Origin: Bacillota bacterium
GTDB lineage: Bacteria; Bacillota; Clostridia; Christensenellales; DTU072
DNA length: 64,000 bases
Assembly (NCBI GenBank): GCA_009781445.1
Contig: WQYD01000002.1
Span: 17,792 to 81,791, forward strand
Direction of reading: 5' to 3'
The translations under genes and the position numbers were made by a program. Within the stretch, counting starts at the first letter, position 1. Each line of letters begins with the position of its first letter. Of the stretch, positions 1 through 10,240 are shown one piece after another. The notes under the pieces are model-generated. The model had not been told where the DNA came from, made no database searches, and saw nothing but the letters and a program-made list of their open reading frames with translations.

Positions 1-1
1 T

Positions 2-1399
2 CAGTGCTTTGGCGGTGGCACGGCGGGGCGCGGTGTGGTGAATAGGGACAGGCAATTTGTGGCAGAAAAATTAAGCACGCTTTCACGCGCGTTTTATGAT
101 ATTTCGGATATTTTGCACATAGAGGAAAGAGAGGCAAGAGAAAATGAGAACATTGAAAGGCTTTCGGGTGAGGTTAAAAATATTTGTTGCGGAAGTTGCC
201 CCCAATCAGATATTTGCAATTCACCGCCAAGGCGCGCGGAAACGGGCGCGGTGATTTCTGCCCTTGTTAGTGCTTCGCTTGATAACGGCAAAGCAACTAT
301 TCTTGACACACCCCCCTTTCTAACCGCACGGTGCAAAAAGATTCATTCTTTAATCACCGCCACTAACGATATTTCCGAAAGGCACAGAGAAACAATCTCT
401 CAGCGCGAATCCTTAAACAAAGGGCGGAAAATGATTTCGGGGCAAATGTACGGCGTGGCAAATGTACTTCAAGAACTCAAAAAGAATGTGGAAAAACCGC
501 TTTCGTATAACACGGAAAAAGAGGCAAAAATCCTTAACGCTTTAAGCGGTAGAAACATTGGCGCAAGCGAAGCGTTTGTTTATGAAAGCGAAAAAAATGA
601 TATTAGCGTGAGTGTTAGCGTGCGTGAATCAGACGCGGAAAAGGCAGTGCTAAAAGAAGTAATAAGTGATATTTTGGATACCGAAATGTACATTTCGGCA
701 ACCGAAAAGCAGATAAAAGGCATGGTAACGGTTCACCTTGAAAAGGCTTCCGCGTACCGCGTGGTGTACGGTGATAGAACTCTTTCAAAAGTGGAAGGCG
801 AGGTGGCGGGGGATAAGCACCGCGCGGTAAAAATAGCGGAAGATAAGGTTATGCTTATTCTTTCAGACGGCATGGGAAGCGGTAGCAGTGCCTCTTTGGC
901 TTCGGGCTATGCGGTTAGCTTAATTGAAAATTATTATAAGGCGGGCTTTAATCATAAAACGGTGGTTTCCTGCGTTTCGGGCTTGCTTAGCTTAAGAGAA
1001 AAGGAAGATTTTAGCGCGGTGGATATTGCGGTTTTGGATACGGCTAACGGCACTGCCGATTTTATTAAAATGGCAGGCAGAGAAAGTTTTATCGTTCACA
1101 AAGGAACGGTGGAAGTAATTGAAGGGGGTTCGCTTCCGCTTGGGATTCTTGATTTAACCCCCGAACCGCTTTTTGAAAAGCGCAACCTTTCGCACGGCTG
1201 TTTTATCGTAATGGTTTCAGACGGGGTTATTGATAAAATCGGCAAAGAAAGCCTGATTATTCTTTTGCAAGATTTAAAAACAAACAACCCCGATACCGTT
1301 GCCGATATTATCATTAAAGAAGTTTCCCGCCTAACCCTATCGCACCCCGAAAGCGAACGCGATGACGCAAGCGTACTTGTTGCCAGAATCTTTAAGTAA
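2..1399 (+). CDS. spoIIE: Stage II sporulation protein E (SpoIIE), C-terminal part; 5' end lies upstream of the window
   Basis: The frame is open from nt 2 with no upstream stop. It carries a PP2C/SpoIIE phosphatase signature (VMLILSDGMGSGSSASLASGYAVSLIE ... DDASVLVARIFK). The expected N-terminal membrane region is missing, so the CDS is truncated by the window edge. Confidence 0.8.
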   Translation, partial: QCFGGGTAGRGVVNRDRQFVAEKLSTLSRAFYDISDILHIEEREARENENIERLSGEVKNICCGSCPQSDICNSPPRRAETGAVISALVSASLDNGKATILDTPPFLTARCKKIHSLITATNDISERHRETISQRESLNKGRKMISGQMYGVANVLQELKKNVEKPLSYNTEKEAKILNALSGRNIGASEAFVYESEKNDISVSVSVRESDAEKAVLKEVISDILDTEMYISATEKQIKGMVTVHLEKASAYRVVYGDRTLSKVEGEVAGDKHRAVKIAEDKVMLILSDGMGSGSSASLASGYAVSLIENYYKAGFNHKTVVSCVSGLLSLREKEDFSAVDIAVLDTANGTADFIKMAGRESFIVHKGTVEVIEGGSLPLGILDLTPEPLFEKRNLSHGCFIVMVSDGVIDKIGKESLIILLQDLKTNNPDTVADIIIKEVSRLTLSHPESERDDASVLVARIFK

Positions 1400-1446
1400 T
1401 TCAGAGTGATAACAAATCCCCAAGGTTTTTTAAACGCTCTGCGCAG

Positions 1447-1475
1447 TTGCCTTTTTTTACTAAATCTTATATAAT
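1447..1475 (+). promoter_or_regulatory. Sigma-A-like promoter for truA (TTGCCT-17 nt-TATAAT), 6 nt upstream of the GTG start
   Basis: TTGCCT is at 1447-1452 and TATAAT at 1470-1475. Only TATTGG separates the -10 box from the GTG at 1482, and there is no Shine-Dalgarno. Confidence 0.4.
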
Positions 1476-1481
1476 TATTGG

Positions 1482-2213
1482 GTGAGATATAGGTTGGACA
1501 TTGAATATAAAGGCACGGCGTATTGCGGTTGGCAGAGGCAGAAAAACGGCGTAAGTGTGCAAGAATTGATTGAAAACGCGCTTGAAAAGGTGCTTTCAAA
1601 GAAAACCGTGATTCTTGGCAGTGGCAGGACGGACGCAGGCGTACACGCGCTTGGGCAGGTGGCGCATTTTAATGCGGAAACTCATATTTCGCCAAGGGGC
1701 ATTATGTGCGGTGTTAATTCCCTGCTTCCCACAGATATCAGCATTAAAAAATGTACGGTTGTTGACAATGCGTTTCATGCGCAATCCTCTGCAAAAAGCA
1801 AGGTTTACGCATATAAATTTTATATTTCGGATACGATTTGCCCCTTAAAAGAAGATTTTGCCGTACGCGTTAAGCCACCGCTTAACATTGATTTAATGCG
1901 CGAAGCGTCTGCCTTTTTGCTTGGCACGCATGATTTTAAAGCATTTTCTTCCACAGGAATGAAACCGATTTCCACAATCCGCGAAGTGCTTAGCCTTGAA
2001 ATCAATCAAAACCAAGAGGACATTGAAATTAAAATTGAGGGCAACGGATTTTTATATAACATGGTGCGCATTATTGCAGGCACGCTTATTGAAATAGGCA
2101 AAGGCTTTAAGCCAGTAAGCACGGTAAGCGAAATGCTAAGAACTAATAACAGAAGATTGGGCGGAAAGACTTCACCGCCAAAGGGATTAGTGTTGATAGG
2201 GGTTTATTATTGA
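1482..2213 (+). CDS. truA: tRNA pseudouridine(38-40) synthase TruA
   Basis: 243-aa ORF with the N-terminal IEYKGTAYCGWQRQ and the catalytic-Asp motif GSGRTDAGVHALGQV, both typical of TruA. Confidence 0.9.
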   Translation: MRYRLDIEYKGTAYCGWQRQKNGVSVQELIENALEKVLSKKTVILGSGRTDAGVHALGQVAHFNAETHISPRGIMCGVNSLLPTDISIKKCTVVDNAFHAQSSAKSKVYAYKFYISDTICPLKEDFAVRVKPPLNIDLMREASAFLLGTHDFKAFSSTGMKPISTIREVLSLEINQNQEDIEIKIEGNGFLYNMVRIIAGTLIEIGKGFKPVSTVSEMLRTNNRRLGGKTSPPKGLVLIGVYY

Positions 2214-2310
2214 AATATAAAATATAAAATATGAAATATAAATTGAGGATTCTAAATCTCACTCAAGAGTAATGACGACTTACAACTTACGATTTACGAA
2301 TGTTGGAATT
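2214..2310. repeat. Modular heptamer-array intergenic repeat (two modules, reverse orientation)
   Basis: The array AAATATA/AAATATG x4 is joined to the reverse anchor GGATTCTAAATCTCA (2247-2261). A second array (ACTTACA ACTTACG ATTTACG) then ends in GTTGGAATT. Confidence 0.85.
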
Positions 2311-2502
2311 GTTTATTATAACTCTTATCTAAAGCAATTAATTTCTAATCCTAAGATAAAATAATTCATTAATTTATATTTTCGTTTTGCCATAAAGTAA
2401 AATTTTGGTAAATTTCCCGATTCAAATCTTAATATTTTAGGGCGTTTTTCATGATTTTTGCCACAATTTACCATTTTCCTTTCGTGCGCGCATATATTGC
2501 TA

Positions 2503-2531
2503 TTGCACGCACGCGTAACCTGTGATACAAT
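2503..2531 (+). promoter_or_regulatory. Candidate extended -10 promoter for the 2,433-aa surface protein gene
   Basis: TTGCAC (2503-2508), a 17-nt spacer ending in TGA, then TACAAT (2526-2531). This would give a 5' UTR of about 200 nt containing the repeat modules at 2569-2693. Confidence 0.3.
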
Positions 2532-2568
2532 AAAAGTACCGCACGGGGGGCGGATTGTTTGCCAACCC

Positions 2569-2693
2569 TGCGCGCGTAGCACGCTACGCGCAATTAAGAA
2601 TTAAGAATTAAGAATGCAGAATTAGCGCGCTATGCGCAATTAAGAATTCAGAATTCAGAATGCAGAATAATGGATTCTAAATATCATTATTAA
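2569..2693. repeat. Modular heptamer-array intergenic repeat (two AATTMAG-type arrays plus reverse anchor)
   Basis: GC hairpin GCGCGTAG-cacg-CTACGCGC, then AATTAAG x3 and AATGCAG. A second array (AATTCAG x2, AATGCAG) is fused to GGATTCTAAATATCATTATT, the reverse complement of the anchor (2672-2691). Confidence 0.85.
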
Positions 2694-2737
2694 AAAAATC
2701 CCCTATTATGCGCAGTGCGCTGAAAAAGAGGTGAACT

Positions 2738-5700
2738 ATGAAAACAAACACAAAAAGAAGATTATCAGCATATTTACTGCTTGGCTTAGGGCTGTTTATT
2801 TGCTTTACGCTGTTATTTACCATGGGGGTGTTTAGCCTCGGACGGGTTATGCCCGAAATTTTTGATAGAGAAGATATTGAAGCGGTTCACGCTTTCCCTA
2901 ACGATCCGCCAGATAATGACGATAATAACAGAAGTATAGTTACCGCCGCTACAGGAACTACGGGCTTAAGCACAATCGCCGCTTCGCACCAAGGCGAAAC
3001 GCTTGCAAACACTAATGCGAACAGGCAGGCGGATTCAGCGTGGGCAAACAGGAAGTGGGCGCACGCCGTGGTAAAATATACACATAATACTACATTTAGC
3101 GGAAATCTGTTAACTGCAGTACAGCAAGGCAAGGTAACAAATCTAAAGGTAGACATAAGGGTAACTTTCCGCGGGCAGGAATCAGGAAGCAACCGCCAAA
3201 GTAGTTCATACCAAGGGCAGGTTCAGACATTTACCATGGTTGGTAGCACAGCCACGAGTGATAACACAAGAAGTTCAAGCAAGAACGGCAGTTCGGACAA
3301 TATCGCAAACAACGCAAATGAAGAAACGCACACGGTTTTCAATAAAGCCCCCACCGCAACCCTTACGGGCTTAAGGTTTGAATTTTGGAGTTATAAGAGA
3401 ACCGAAACTAACAACAGTGTGTTCGTGGCGGGCAACACAGGAAGAACTGCAAACGCATGGCTTCAAGTTCACCAAGTAACCTATACATGGACTTATAGAA
3501 ATGTGGCGTACACTTTCAGCCCCACAGTAGGCGGTGCGGTAAGTAGCACTTCGCAGAATGTGGCCGTTACAGGAAACGGCTCAGCGGTTACAGCAAACCC
3601 ACAAGAAGGCTATTATTTTTCTAACTGGTCAAGCACAATTGCAGGGTATAACAATATAGTCACAAGAACAATTACCCCCACCGTTGCCACGGAATTAACG
3701 CACAACAACACAACCGTTACCGTAAATGCTAACTTCGTTGCGCTCACTTGGGTTAACGGCACAGGCGCAAACATATCGTACACCTATAACGGCACTGCCC
3801 GTGCGCCCTATGCGCAAAAGCCTGCGGGAAACTTTACTATAAAGCACTTTTATTGGGCTTTAACAGCCACAACCTCTTGGGCATGGACTGCAAACAGTAA
3901 AAGAGAAAGCACGCTTGAAAACCCAAGCGCAATAATGCCCACCCAAGCGGGAACTTACTATTACAGTGCGGAAATCGGGCATTCAAGCCACCCTGGGGTA
4001 GTGTACGGAACAACGAGGGCAGTTGAGATTATCATAGGCAAGGAAACACCCGCCACAGATATAATGCCCGAACTAATTATACAATTCGGGCAGGAATTTC
4101 CTGATTTTGCAAGGGGGGATTATAGGTTTGTTGCCACAGCAAACAGAACCATTATTATACCCGGTGAACTTGCTTGGATAAGCAAACCTTCCGCACCCAA
4201 CGCTCACGCAAGGCGGGATTACGCGGTGCGCTTTACCCCAGACGATACGAATAATTTTAACACGATAACCGCAACCATATACGGAACGGTGGATAGGGCA
4301 ACACCTATTAGAATGAAGGACGAAGAAGGGCTGTTCTTTAGGGGGACGATAGACTTCGGGCAAAATAAAAGCAATCTTGCTTCATGGCTTCAGTACCGAA
4401 ATCCGCATAATAGCGCGGTGGTAATAGGCGCGTATAATGACGGCGGTTTGGCAACCTACCCGCAAGTTTCGCTTTTGGGCGGAAGCGTGGTGAACGGGCA
4501 GGGCAATTACACCTTTACCCCTAACGACACAGGAAATTATAATCCAGTGTCAATCGTGCCTTATGAATATATGGTTAACCCTGTTTCACCGAACATTACG
4601 GGCGTTTCTGCCCCCGCAATCTTTTACGGAAGCAGATTGCCTTTGGTAACGGCAACGGCATATAATCCTTACCATGTGGGAAGCCCTGATTGGCTTTTAA
4701 CAGTGGAATACGGTTGGATTGGCGTTTCACGCATGGTTTTTGCCCCCGGCACTAATAATTCTCAGCTTATTCCGCAGGTTAGTTCTTCGGGAACATATGA
4801 CGCAAGCTATTTAGTTACAGGAACTGCGCCAAGCAACAGCCACGGAAATGAAAATTACAAAAGTGGCAGAGTTAATGCCACGCTTACCGTGAACCGCACC
4901 ACCCCCGAAAGAACAGGGTTAATTGACACCACCGTCAGCGCAAACGCAATTTTCTTTGAACAACCGCTTTCAGCTTCTGTGCCAATCGGAACTGCTAACA
5001 ATCCGCACTTATCTGAATATGGTGCTACGGCTGGCGTTTGGGGCAGTTGGGTTTGGGATCTTGATTTAATTAGCCCCTCAATCGGCAGTCCGAGGATATT
5101 AGATATAGGAATGCCGAGGGTAAATGAATCAGGACGGCACCCAGTTCGCTTTATCCCCGCCGATAATGAATGGCAAAACAGTGCTAATTACACCACGGAT
5201 TTAACAGATACGGCACAGCTTACGGTGAATAGGATTTCGCAAGAAGTGTTCTTCGGGCAGGGCGATCGTTCCTTCCTATCACTTAACGAAGGGCTTGCAT
5301 CGTACAATTATTCAACTAACGCGGAAGGAAACCTTTACACCACTTACGAAACTTCCTCAGTGCCAAAAACTTTAACCCTTCAAGTGCTAACCACAGGGCT
5401 TTATTCCCCAAGGGGAATAGTTGGCGGTGAGCAGGTGAGAACACCGCTTGAAATCCATTTTGTGTCATCGGGGCAGGCAACCACAGCTTCCACTGTGCGC
5501 ATAATGCGGGTGGAACACATTGAAATAGACGGAATCTTATATAGCCTTAACACTTATAACATAATTATTGCAGGCGTTGTAAACACAGGGACTTTAATGC
5601 TTGAATTTAGCCAACGCGATTCAAACGCAGGGCAATTAGGAACACCCACACTTCCGATTAACACGAATGCAGACGGCAACTATAACAGCTTTACTTTAAC

Positions 5701-8700
5701 CACAAGATTCTCACTCTTTATTAAAAACGAACAAACGGTGGAAGGGTTTGAGGACACCGCCCTCACTTACGGTGATCCAGCGTACGGGTTTAATAATCTT
5801 GATTTAAGTTCGGGGCAGATTAATTACACATTTACCGTGATAAGCGGTAACAGCGTTATTGAGGTTATGTCTAACAGAAACATAAGGATTCTATCCGCAG
5901 GAACGGCAGAATTAAGGCTTCAACAAGCAGGACTCATTTTGGAATCCGCACTAACAAGCGCGTACCTGCCCGTGGAAAAAACAATTACAATCACCGTGAA
6001 CCCTGCACCCCTAACAATTGAGGTTATAGGCGCAAGCATATTATACGGTGAGGAATTTACCACAGGTGAGGAAAGGTTTAACCTAACAGGGCTTGTGAAT
6101 AACGATAATTACGAAACTTTGGTTTCTTGGGGATTAACCACCACATATAATTCTTTAACAATGCGCAATGTGTACGGTGCATATTCCATTGTGCCTTTCG
6201 GAATTGAAGCCAATGAGAACTATGCAATCACTTATACGGGGGCAAACTTGGCAATAAGCCGTGCAACCGTTATAGGCACAGTAAGCAACCATTCCATTAG
6301 TTACGGTTCTCAAATTCCCGAAATCGGTATCCTTTACGAGGGGTTTGCATACGGCGAACACTTTGGGCATAACGATGTAAGGCGAAACGGTGAAATAGTT
6401 AATGCGCCCACGGTAAGCCTTCAAGGTTATGTACGCTTTTCAAGCGTAGGCTTGTACGCGATTACTATAAGCGCGGTGGCAAACAGTGATAATTACATTT
6501 TTAACATGGCTTCCACCGCAATGCTAACCGTAACCACAGTTGCCCCTGTGATAGAAATCACCCCAGATTTTGAGGAAGTTATAGTGGAAGGCGTGGTGAT
6601 AGGCGAAAGGCTTAACGGCGCATATGTTGAGATTTTCGGATTAACAGGCGGTACGGCACCAGAGGGAATTTTCACCGTTGAATATTCCGTGTTTGATATT
6701 AACAACCCCACCAATTATGATTGGAAATCTGATATTCCCGAAGAAATCGGAACTTATTTAATCAAAGTTTCGTACTTTGCCACATTCGGCGAAAATTATA
6801 GCGACTTTGAACAAATCGTGGGTGTTTCGCTAAATGCGTTTAAGCCAAGGTTTGTTTACGAAGCGCAAAGCTATGTGTTCACAGGCTTAAGCATTATGCC
6901 TATCGTGGGCATTTACGAAGATCCCGCTTTTGGTGATAACACACCCAAAGGGCATATTGAACTTGAGTTCTCAACTAATAACGGCGAAACATGGACTTCG
7001 GACGAACCAAGAAATGTGGGAATTTACTGGATAAGGGTTATTTATATCCCCCGCGAAACAGGTGATAACTATAAGCAGGAAGAATATGACGAATTTTGCT
7101 TAAACGGCGAAAGAATGCTGTTTGAAATAACCCCCTCTTCGGGCGCAACAATAGTGCTTAACGGCGTAAGCAGGGAATATGACGGAAATCAGCAAACCGC
7201 AGGCTTAGCCCGCGCTTACGGAATCGGCAGTGATTCAAACATAGTTATTGCGGATAATCAAAACTTGTTTAGCTTTTATTACCTTAACGCAAGCGGAAGT
7301 TGGGTTAGCCAAGCCCCCACAAATGCAGGCAGATACCGCGTAAGAGTGGTTTTCCTTGGGCTAACAGGCGGAAACTATTCCGAAACAGAAAGCATATTTG
7401 AGGATAGCTGGTTAATTATAAGCAGGAAAACAGGCATTCTTTACGAATCCTTAAACGATTCTGATATTATCAGCGTGAACGCGGTTTATTCTAACACACC
7501 TCACGGCATAGGCACAATCGGTGCGCTTCAAGGAATTACAGGCGGAAGTACGCCCACAGGAACTTTGATAGTGGAATATAGGCTTCAAGGCGTGCAAAAC
7601 CCAATCGGTTCGGTGCAACCGCCTGTGAACGCAGGGGTTTACGATATAATCGTAAGGTATGTTACCATTGAGGGCGATAATTACGCTTCAGGTACAAGGG
7701 AATTTATAGGAAGGGTAACGATTACCCCCGCATTCGTTAATTCAATTACGGCAGGCGCGCCTATCAGGGCATCTTACACTGGTTTCGCCCATTCAGTTTC
7801 GCGTGCAAGCGTGGTGGTGGAAGCGTTTGGTGTCCGCGTGGAAAATCCCGATATCAGGATAGAGTACTGCAACGGATTGGGCGTTAACTTCTCAGCGAAC
7901 GCACCTGTTAATGCGGGAACTTACAGCGTGAAGATTATCTTCCTTGGCAGTAATAACATTTTGGGTAGCGAAGAAACGCTTATCGGGCATATCGTGATAG
8001 CCAAAATTACCCCGCAATTCCAAGTTACGCGCAGGGAATACGAAGCAGGCACGCCTGTGCAGTTGCAACTCACAGATATAACCGTGGCAGGTGTGCGCGG
8101 TCAAACGCCAAGCGGTAACATTTCAAATATTGAATACCGCCTTGAGGGAACTTCACTTTGGACGGTTTCGCCCCAAGCGGTAAGCGGTAATTTTGATATC
8201 CGCTTTAAATTTGAGGCAGACGAAGGCAATTATCTTAATGTGGAAAATAGCTTGCATTTATCCGCAATCACAATCAGAAGGCTTGCGCCTATTATTTCCC
8301 TTGTGTCTACCCAAACGGTGGAAAAGGTTTATAACGGTTTGGGCGAAATGCCGATTGGTTTAGAGGCATATATCACTAACATTCCTAATAATGCGGAAGT
8401 AAGAGGTTCGTTTGTGTACACATTCAGCCTGCGCGGGGCTAACAGCTTTAGCGCGAATATCCCCGTGAACGCAGGTAATTACGATGTTAGAGTGCGCTAT
8501 ATTGCAAACGAAAACGGCGATATATTCACCACTTCACCCATTGCGTTTGAATTTAGGAATGCGGTTCAAATCCTCAAAGCAATCGTGGCGGTTACCCCCA
8601 ATGCAGGCTTTAAGATTTATGACGGTTCACCTATTCAAGGAATATCGTTTACTAACGGCGCACTAATCGGCGGTGGCACAACTAACAGGTTCACAGGTTC

Positions 8701-10039
8701 GCTTACCGCAGGTTCTACCGCGAATGTGGGGCTATATGCAATCACAATCGGTTCACTTAGGGTGGAACACAGGGTTGGTGATAGCGTTTACGAAAATTAC
8801 CAAATCGTGCTTACGCAGGGCGTGCAGTACGAAATAAGGAAAAGGGAAGTGGAACTTTCATTCCCAAGTGTGCAAACATTTATTTATGACGGTTTAATGA
8901 AAGTGATTTCCATAGAGGTAAGAGTAAGGGAAAACGGCGTGCTAACTAGCCTGCCCGAACAGGATCTGCGCGTGCTAACGCAATATTCCCAAGCAGGCAC
9001 GGCAGGTTTTTACGAACCCATAAATGTGGGCAAATTTGTGGCTACTGCGGTGCTAATCGGCAATTTATCTCTAAATTATTCGCTTCCCTCAGTTATTTCG
9101 CAAGAGTACGAAATCCTTAAGGCGGAACTTGAGGGCGTTAGGCTTGTTGGTGGCGGTGTGCGCCAGTACAGGGGTTCTGCTTACCAATTTATCCTTGAAA
9201 GCGATAGGGTTAACCTTAATGCAGACGGCGTAACGATTTCGTTTAACAACCCCACAAGTTACACGAATGTGGGCATTTATTCAGTTATTGCCACAATAAA
9301 TGTGCCTAATTATCACGAACTTCAGTTAGGTGCGTCTCTCACAATCACAAGGCGCGAATATGATATTTTGGTGTTCCCCGAAACTGAAAACTTGGTTTTC
9401 GGTGAAGATTTCCCCGAACTTATCTATTACACCAGCCTTGGCGAAACCTTTACAGGGCTTGTGGAATTCAAGCGCGGTGCAGGCGAAATACCCACCCCCG
9501 GATTAAGGGAATACGCATGGACATTCACCCCCACGGACATTGCAAACAATGTGCCTCAAACGGGTTCTGTTTGGCTTAATGTGAGAAAGGCGGAATTGCC
9601 GATTTCAAATATCGTCAGCGATATTGTGCTTGACAGCAAAAAGGTAACAAGTTTTAACGATATTCAAAATATTATCCTTGAAAACCATGAAGAATTAAGC
9701 AAACTTGGCGATCTCACAATTTATATCTTGGATTCCCAAGGCAGAACGGTGAAAAGTTTCACTTATTCTTCGGTAACAAACGCTGTAAACACAAGCACGG
9801 GTGCATCTTCCACAAATACCCAACCAGCAGATTTTTGGAATCTTAAACCGGGCAATTACACGGTTCACCTAATGTGGGCAGGCACTGAATATTACGAATC
9901 CACAGGCATAACAATAAGCCTAAGCGTACCTGATAACAATAACAACGCGCTTTGGTACATTGTTGCAGGAATCGCAATAGCCGTTCTTGGCATTATTTCG
10001 GGAATCGTGTTTGCGTACAAGTTGAGAAGAAGGAGATAA
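2738..10039 (+). CDS. Giant cell-surface protein with a List-Bact (Flg_new)-like repeat and many MBG/YDG-type repeats; N-terminal signal anchor and C-terminal TM plus RRRR tail
   Basis: 2,433-aa ORF with an AGAGGTG Shine-Dalgarno. The N-terminal hydrophobic stretch is LSAYLLLGLGLFICFTLLF. ANPQEGYYFSNW is a List-Bact-type motif. Repeated (V/I)Y(D/N)G ... NAG(T/I/R)Y ... NY motifs recur about every 90-100 aa. The C-terminus is LWYIVAGIAIAVLGIISGIVFAYKLRRRR. Confidence 0.85.
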   Translation: MKTNTKRRLSAYLLLGLGLFICFTLLFTMGVFSLGRVMPEIFDREDIEAVHAFPNDPPDNDDNNRSIVTAATGTTGLSTIAASHQGETLANTNANRQADSAWANRKWAHAVVKYTHNTTFSGNLLTAVQQGKVTNLKVDIRVTFRGQESGSNRQSSSYQGQVQTFTMVGSTATSDNTRSSSKNGSSDNIANNANEETHTVFNKAPTATLTGLRFEFWSYKRTETNNSVFVAGNTGRTANAWLQVHQVTYTWTYRNVAYTFSPTVGGAVSSTSQNVAVTGNGSAVTANPQEGYYFSNWSSTIAGYNNIVTRTITPTVATELTHNNTTVTVNANFVALTWVNGTGANISYTYNGTARAPYAQKPAGNFTIKHFYWALTATTSWAWTANSKRESTLENPSAIMPTQAGTYYYSAEIGHSSHPGVVYGTTRAVEIIIGKETPATDIMPELIIQFGQEFPDFARGDYRFVATANRTIIIPGELAWISKPSAPNAHARRDYAVRFTPDDTNNFNTITATIYGTVDRATPIRMKDEEGLFFRGTIDFGQNKSNLASWLQYRNPHNSAVVIGAYNDGGLATYPQVSLLGGSVVNGQGNYTFTPNDTGNYNPVSIVPYEYMVNPVSPNITGVSAPAIFYGSRLPLVTATAYNPYHVGSPDWLLTVEYGWIGVSRMVFAPGTNNSQLIPQVSSSGTYDASYLVTGTAPSNSHGNENYKSGRVNATLTVNRTTPERTGLIDTTVSANAIFFEQPLSASVPIGTANNPHLSEYGATAGVWGSWVWDLDLISPSIGSPRILDIGMPRVNESGRHPVRFIPADNEWQNSANYTTDLTDTAQLTVNRISQEVFFGQGDRSFLSLNEGLASYNYSTNAEGNLYTTYETSSVPKTLTLQVLTTGLYSPRGIVGGEQVRTPLEIHFVSSGQATTASTVRIMRVEHIEIDGILYSLNTYNIIIAGVVNTGTLMLEFSQRDSNAGQLGTPTLPINTNADGNYNSFTLTTRFSLFIKNEQTVEGFEDTALTYGDPAYGFNNLDLSSGQINYTFTVISGNSVIEVMSNRNIRILSAGTAELRLQQAGLILESALTSAYLPVEKTITITVNPAPLTIEVIGASILYGEEFTTGEERFNLTGLVNNDNYETLVSWGLTTTYNSLTMRNVYGAYSIVPFGIEANENYAITYTGANLAISRATVIGTVSNHSISYGSQIPEIGILYEGFAYGEHFGHNDVRRNGEIVNAPTVSLQGYVRFSSVGLYAITISAVANSDNYIFNMASTAMLTVTTVAPVIEITPDFEEVIVEGVVIGERLNGAYVEIFGLTGGTAPEGIFTVEYSVFDINNPTNYDWKSDIPEEIGTYLIKVSYFATFGENYSDFEQIVGVSLNAFKPRFVYEAQSYVFTGLSIMPIVGIYEDPAFGDNTPKGHIELEFSTNNGETWTSDEPRNVGIYWIRVIYIPRETGDNYKQEEYDEFCLNGERMLFEITPSSGATIVLNGVSREYDGNQQTAGLARAYGIGSDSNIVIADNQNLFSFYYLNASGSWVSQAPTNAGRYRVRVVFLGLTGGNYSETESIFEDSWLIISRKTGILYESLNDSDIISVNAVYSNTPHGIGTIGALQGITGGSTPTGTLIVEYRLQGVQNPIGSVQPPVNAGVYDIIVRYVTIEGDNYASGTREFIGRVTITPAFVNSITAGAPIRASYTGFAHSVSRASVVVEAFGVRVENPDIRIEYCNGLGVNFSANAPVNAGTYSVKIIFLGSNNILGSEETLIGHIVIAKITPQFQVTRREYEAGTPVQLQLTDITVAGVRGQTPSGNISNIEYRLEGTSLWTVSPQAVSGNFDIRFKFEADEGNYLNVENSLHLSAITIRRLAPIISLVSTQTVEKVYNGLGEMPIGLEAYITNIPNNAEVRGSFVYTFSLRGANSFSANIPVNAGNYDVRVRYIANENGDIFTTSPIAFEFRNAVQILKAIVAVTPNAGFKIYDGSPIQGISFTNGALIGGGTTNRFTGSLTAGSTANVGLYAITIGSLRVEHRVGDSVYENYQIVLTQGVQYEIRKREVELSFPSVQTFIYDGLMKVISIEVRVRENGVLTSLPEQDLRVLTQYSQAGTAGFYEPINVGKFVATAVLIGNLSLNYSLPSVISQEYEILKAELEGVRLVGGGVRQYRGSAYQFILESDRVNLNADGVTISFNNPTSYTNVGIYSVIATINVPNYHELQLGASLTITRREYDILVFPETENLVFGEDFPELIYYTSLGETFTGLVEFKRGAGEIPTPGLREYAWTFTPTDIANNVPQTGSVWLNVRKAELPISNIVSDIVLDSKKVTSFNDIQNIILENHEELSKLGDLTIYILDSQGRTVKSFTYSSVTNAVNTSTGASSTNTQPADFWNLKPGNYTVHLMWAGTEYYESTGITISLSVPDNNNNALWYIVAGIAIAVLGIISGIVFAYKLRRRR

Positions 10040-10048
10040 AAGTACAGC

Positions 10049-10240
10049 CAGCGCACAACGCACAGCGCACAATGAAGGAATTTTTTATTTAGGTACGAAG
10101 TACAAAGTACGAATTATGGATTAGTTAACCATATAATGAGATTTAGAATCCACCATTGTGCGCTGTGCGTTGTGCGCTGTGCGCTGACATAATGGGATTT
10201 AGATTCCAACCCTGCAACCTGAATCCTGCAACCTGCAACC
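10049..10240. repeat. Modular heptamer-array intergenic repeat cluster (4 modules) between convergent genes
   Basis: Reverse GTGCGCT-type array (10049-10083), reverse TCGTACT-type array, anchor ATATAATGAGATTTAGAATCC (10131-10151) with a GTGCGCT array, then anchor CATAATGGGATTTAGATTCC (10188-10207) with a CTGCAAC array that ends at the stop codon of the next gene. Confidence 0.9.

Noticed and set aside
2325-2582. 85-aa minus-strand ORF upstream of the 2,433-aa gene.
   Set aside because: It lies in an AT-rich leader and promoter region and has no Shine-Dalgarno. Its Cys/Arg-rich translation is non-protein-like and its end overlaps the GC hairpin of the repeat cluster.
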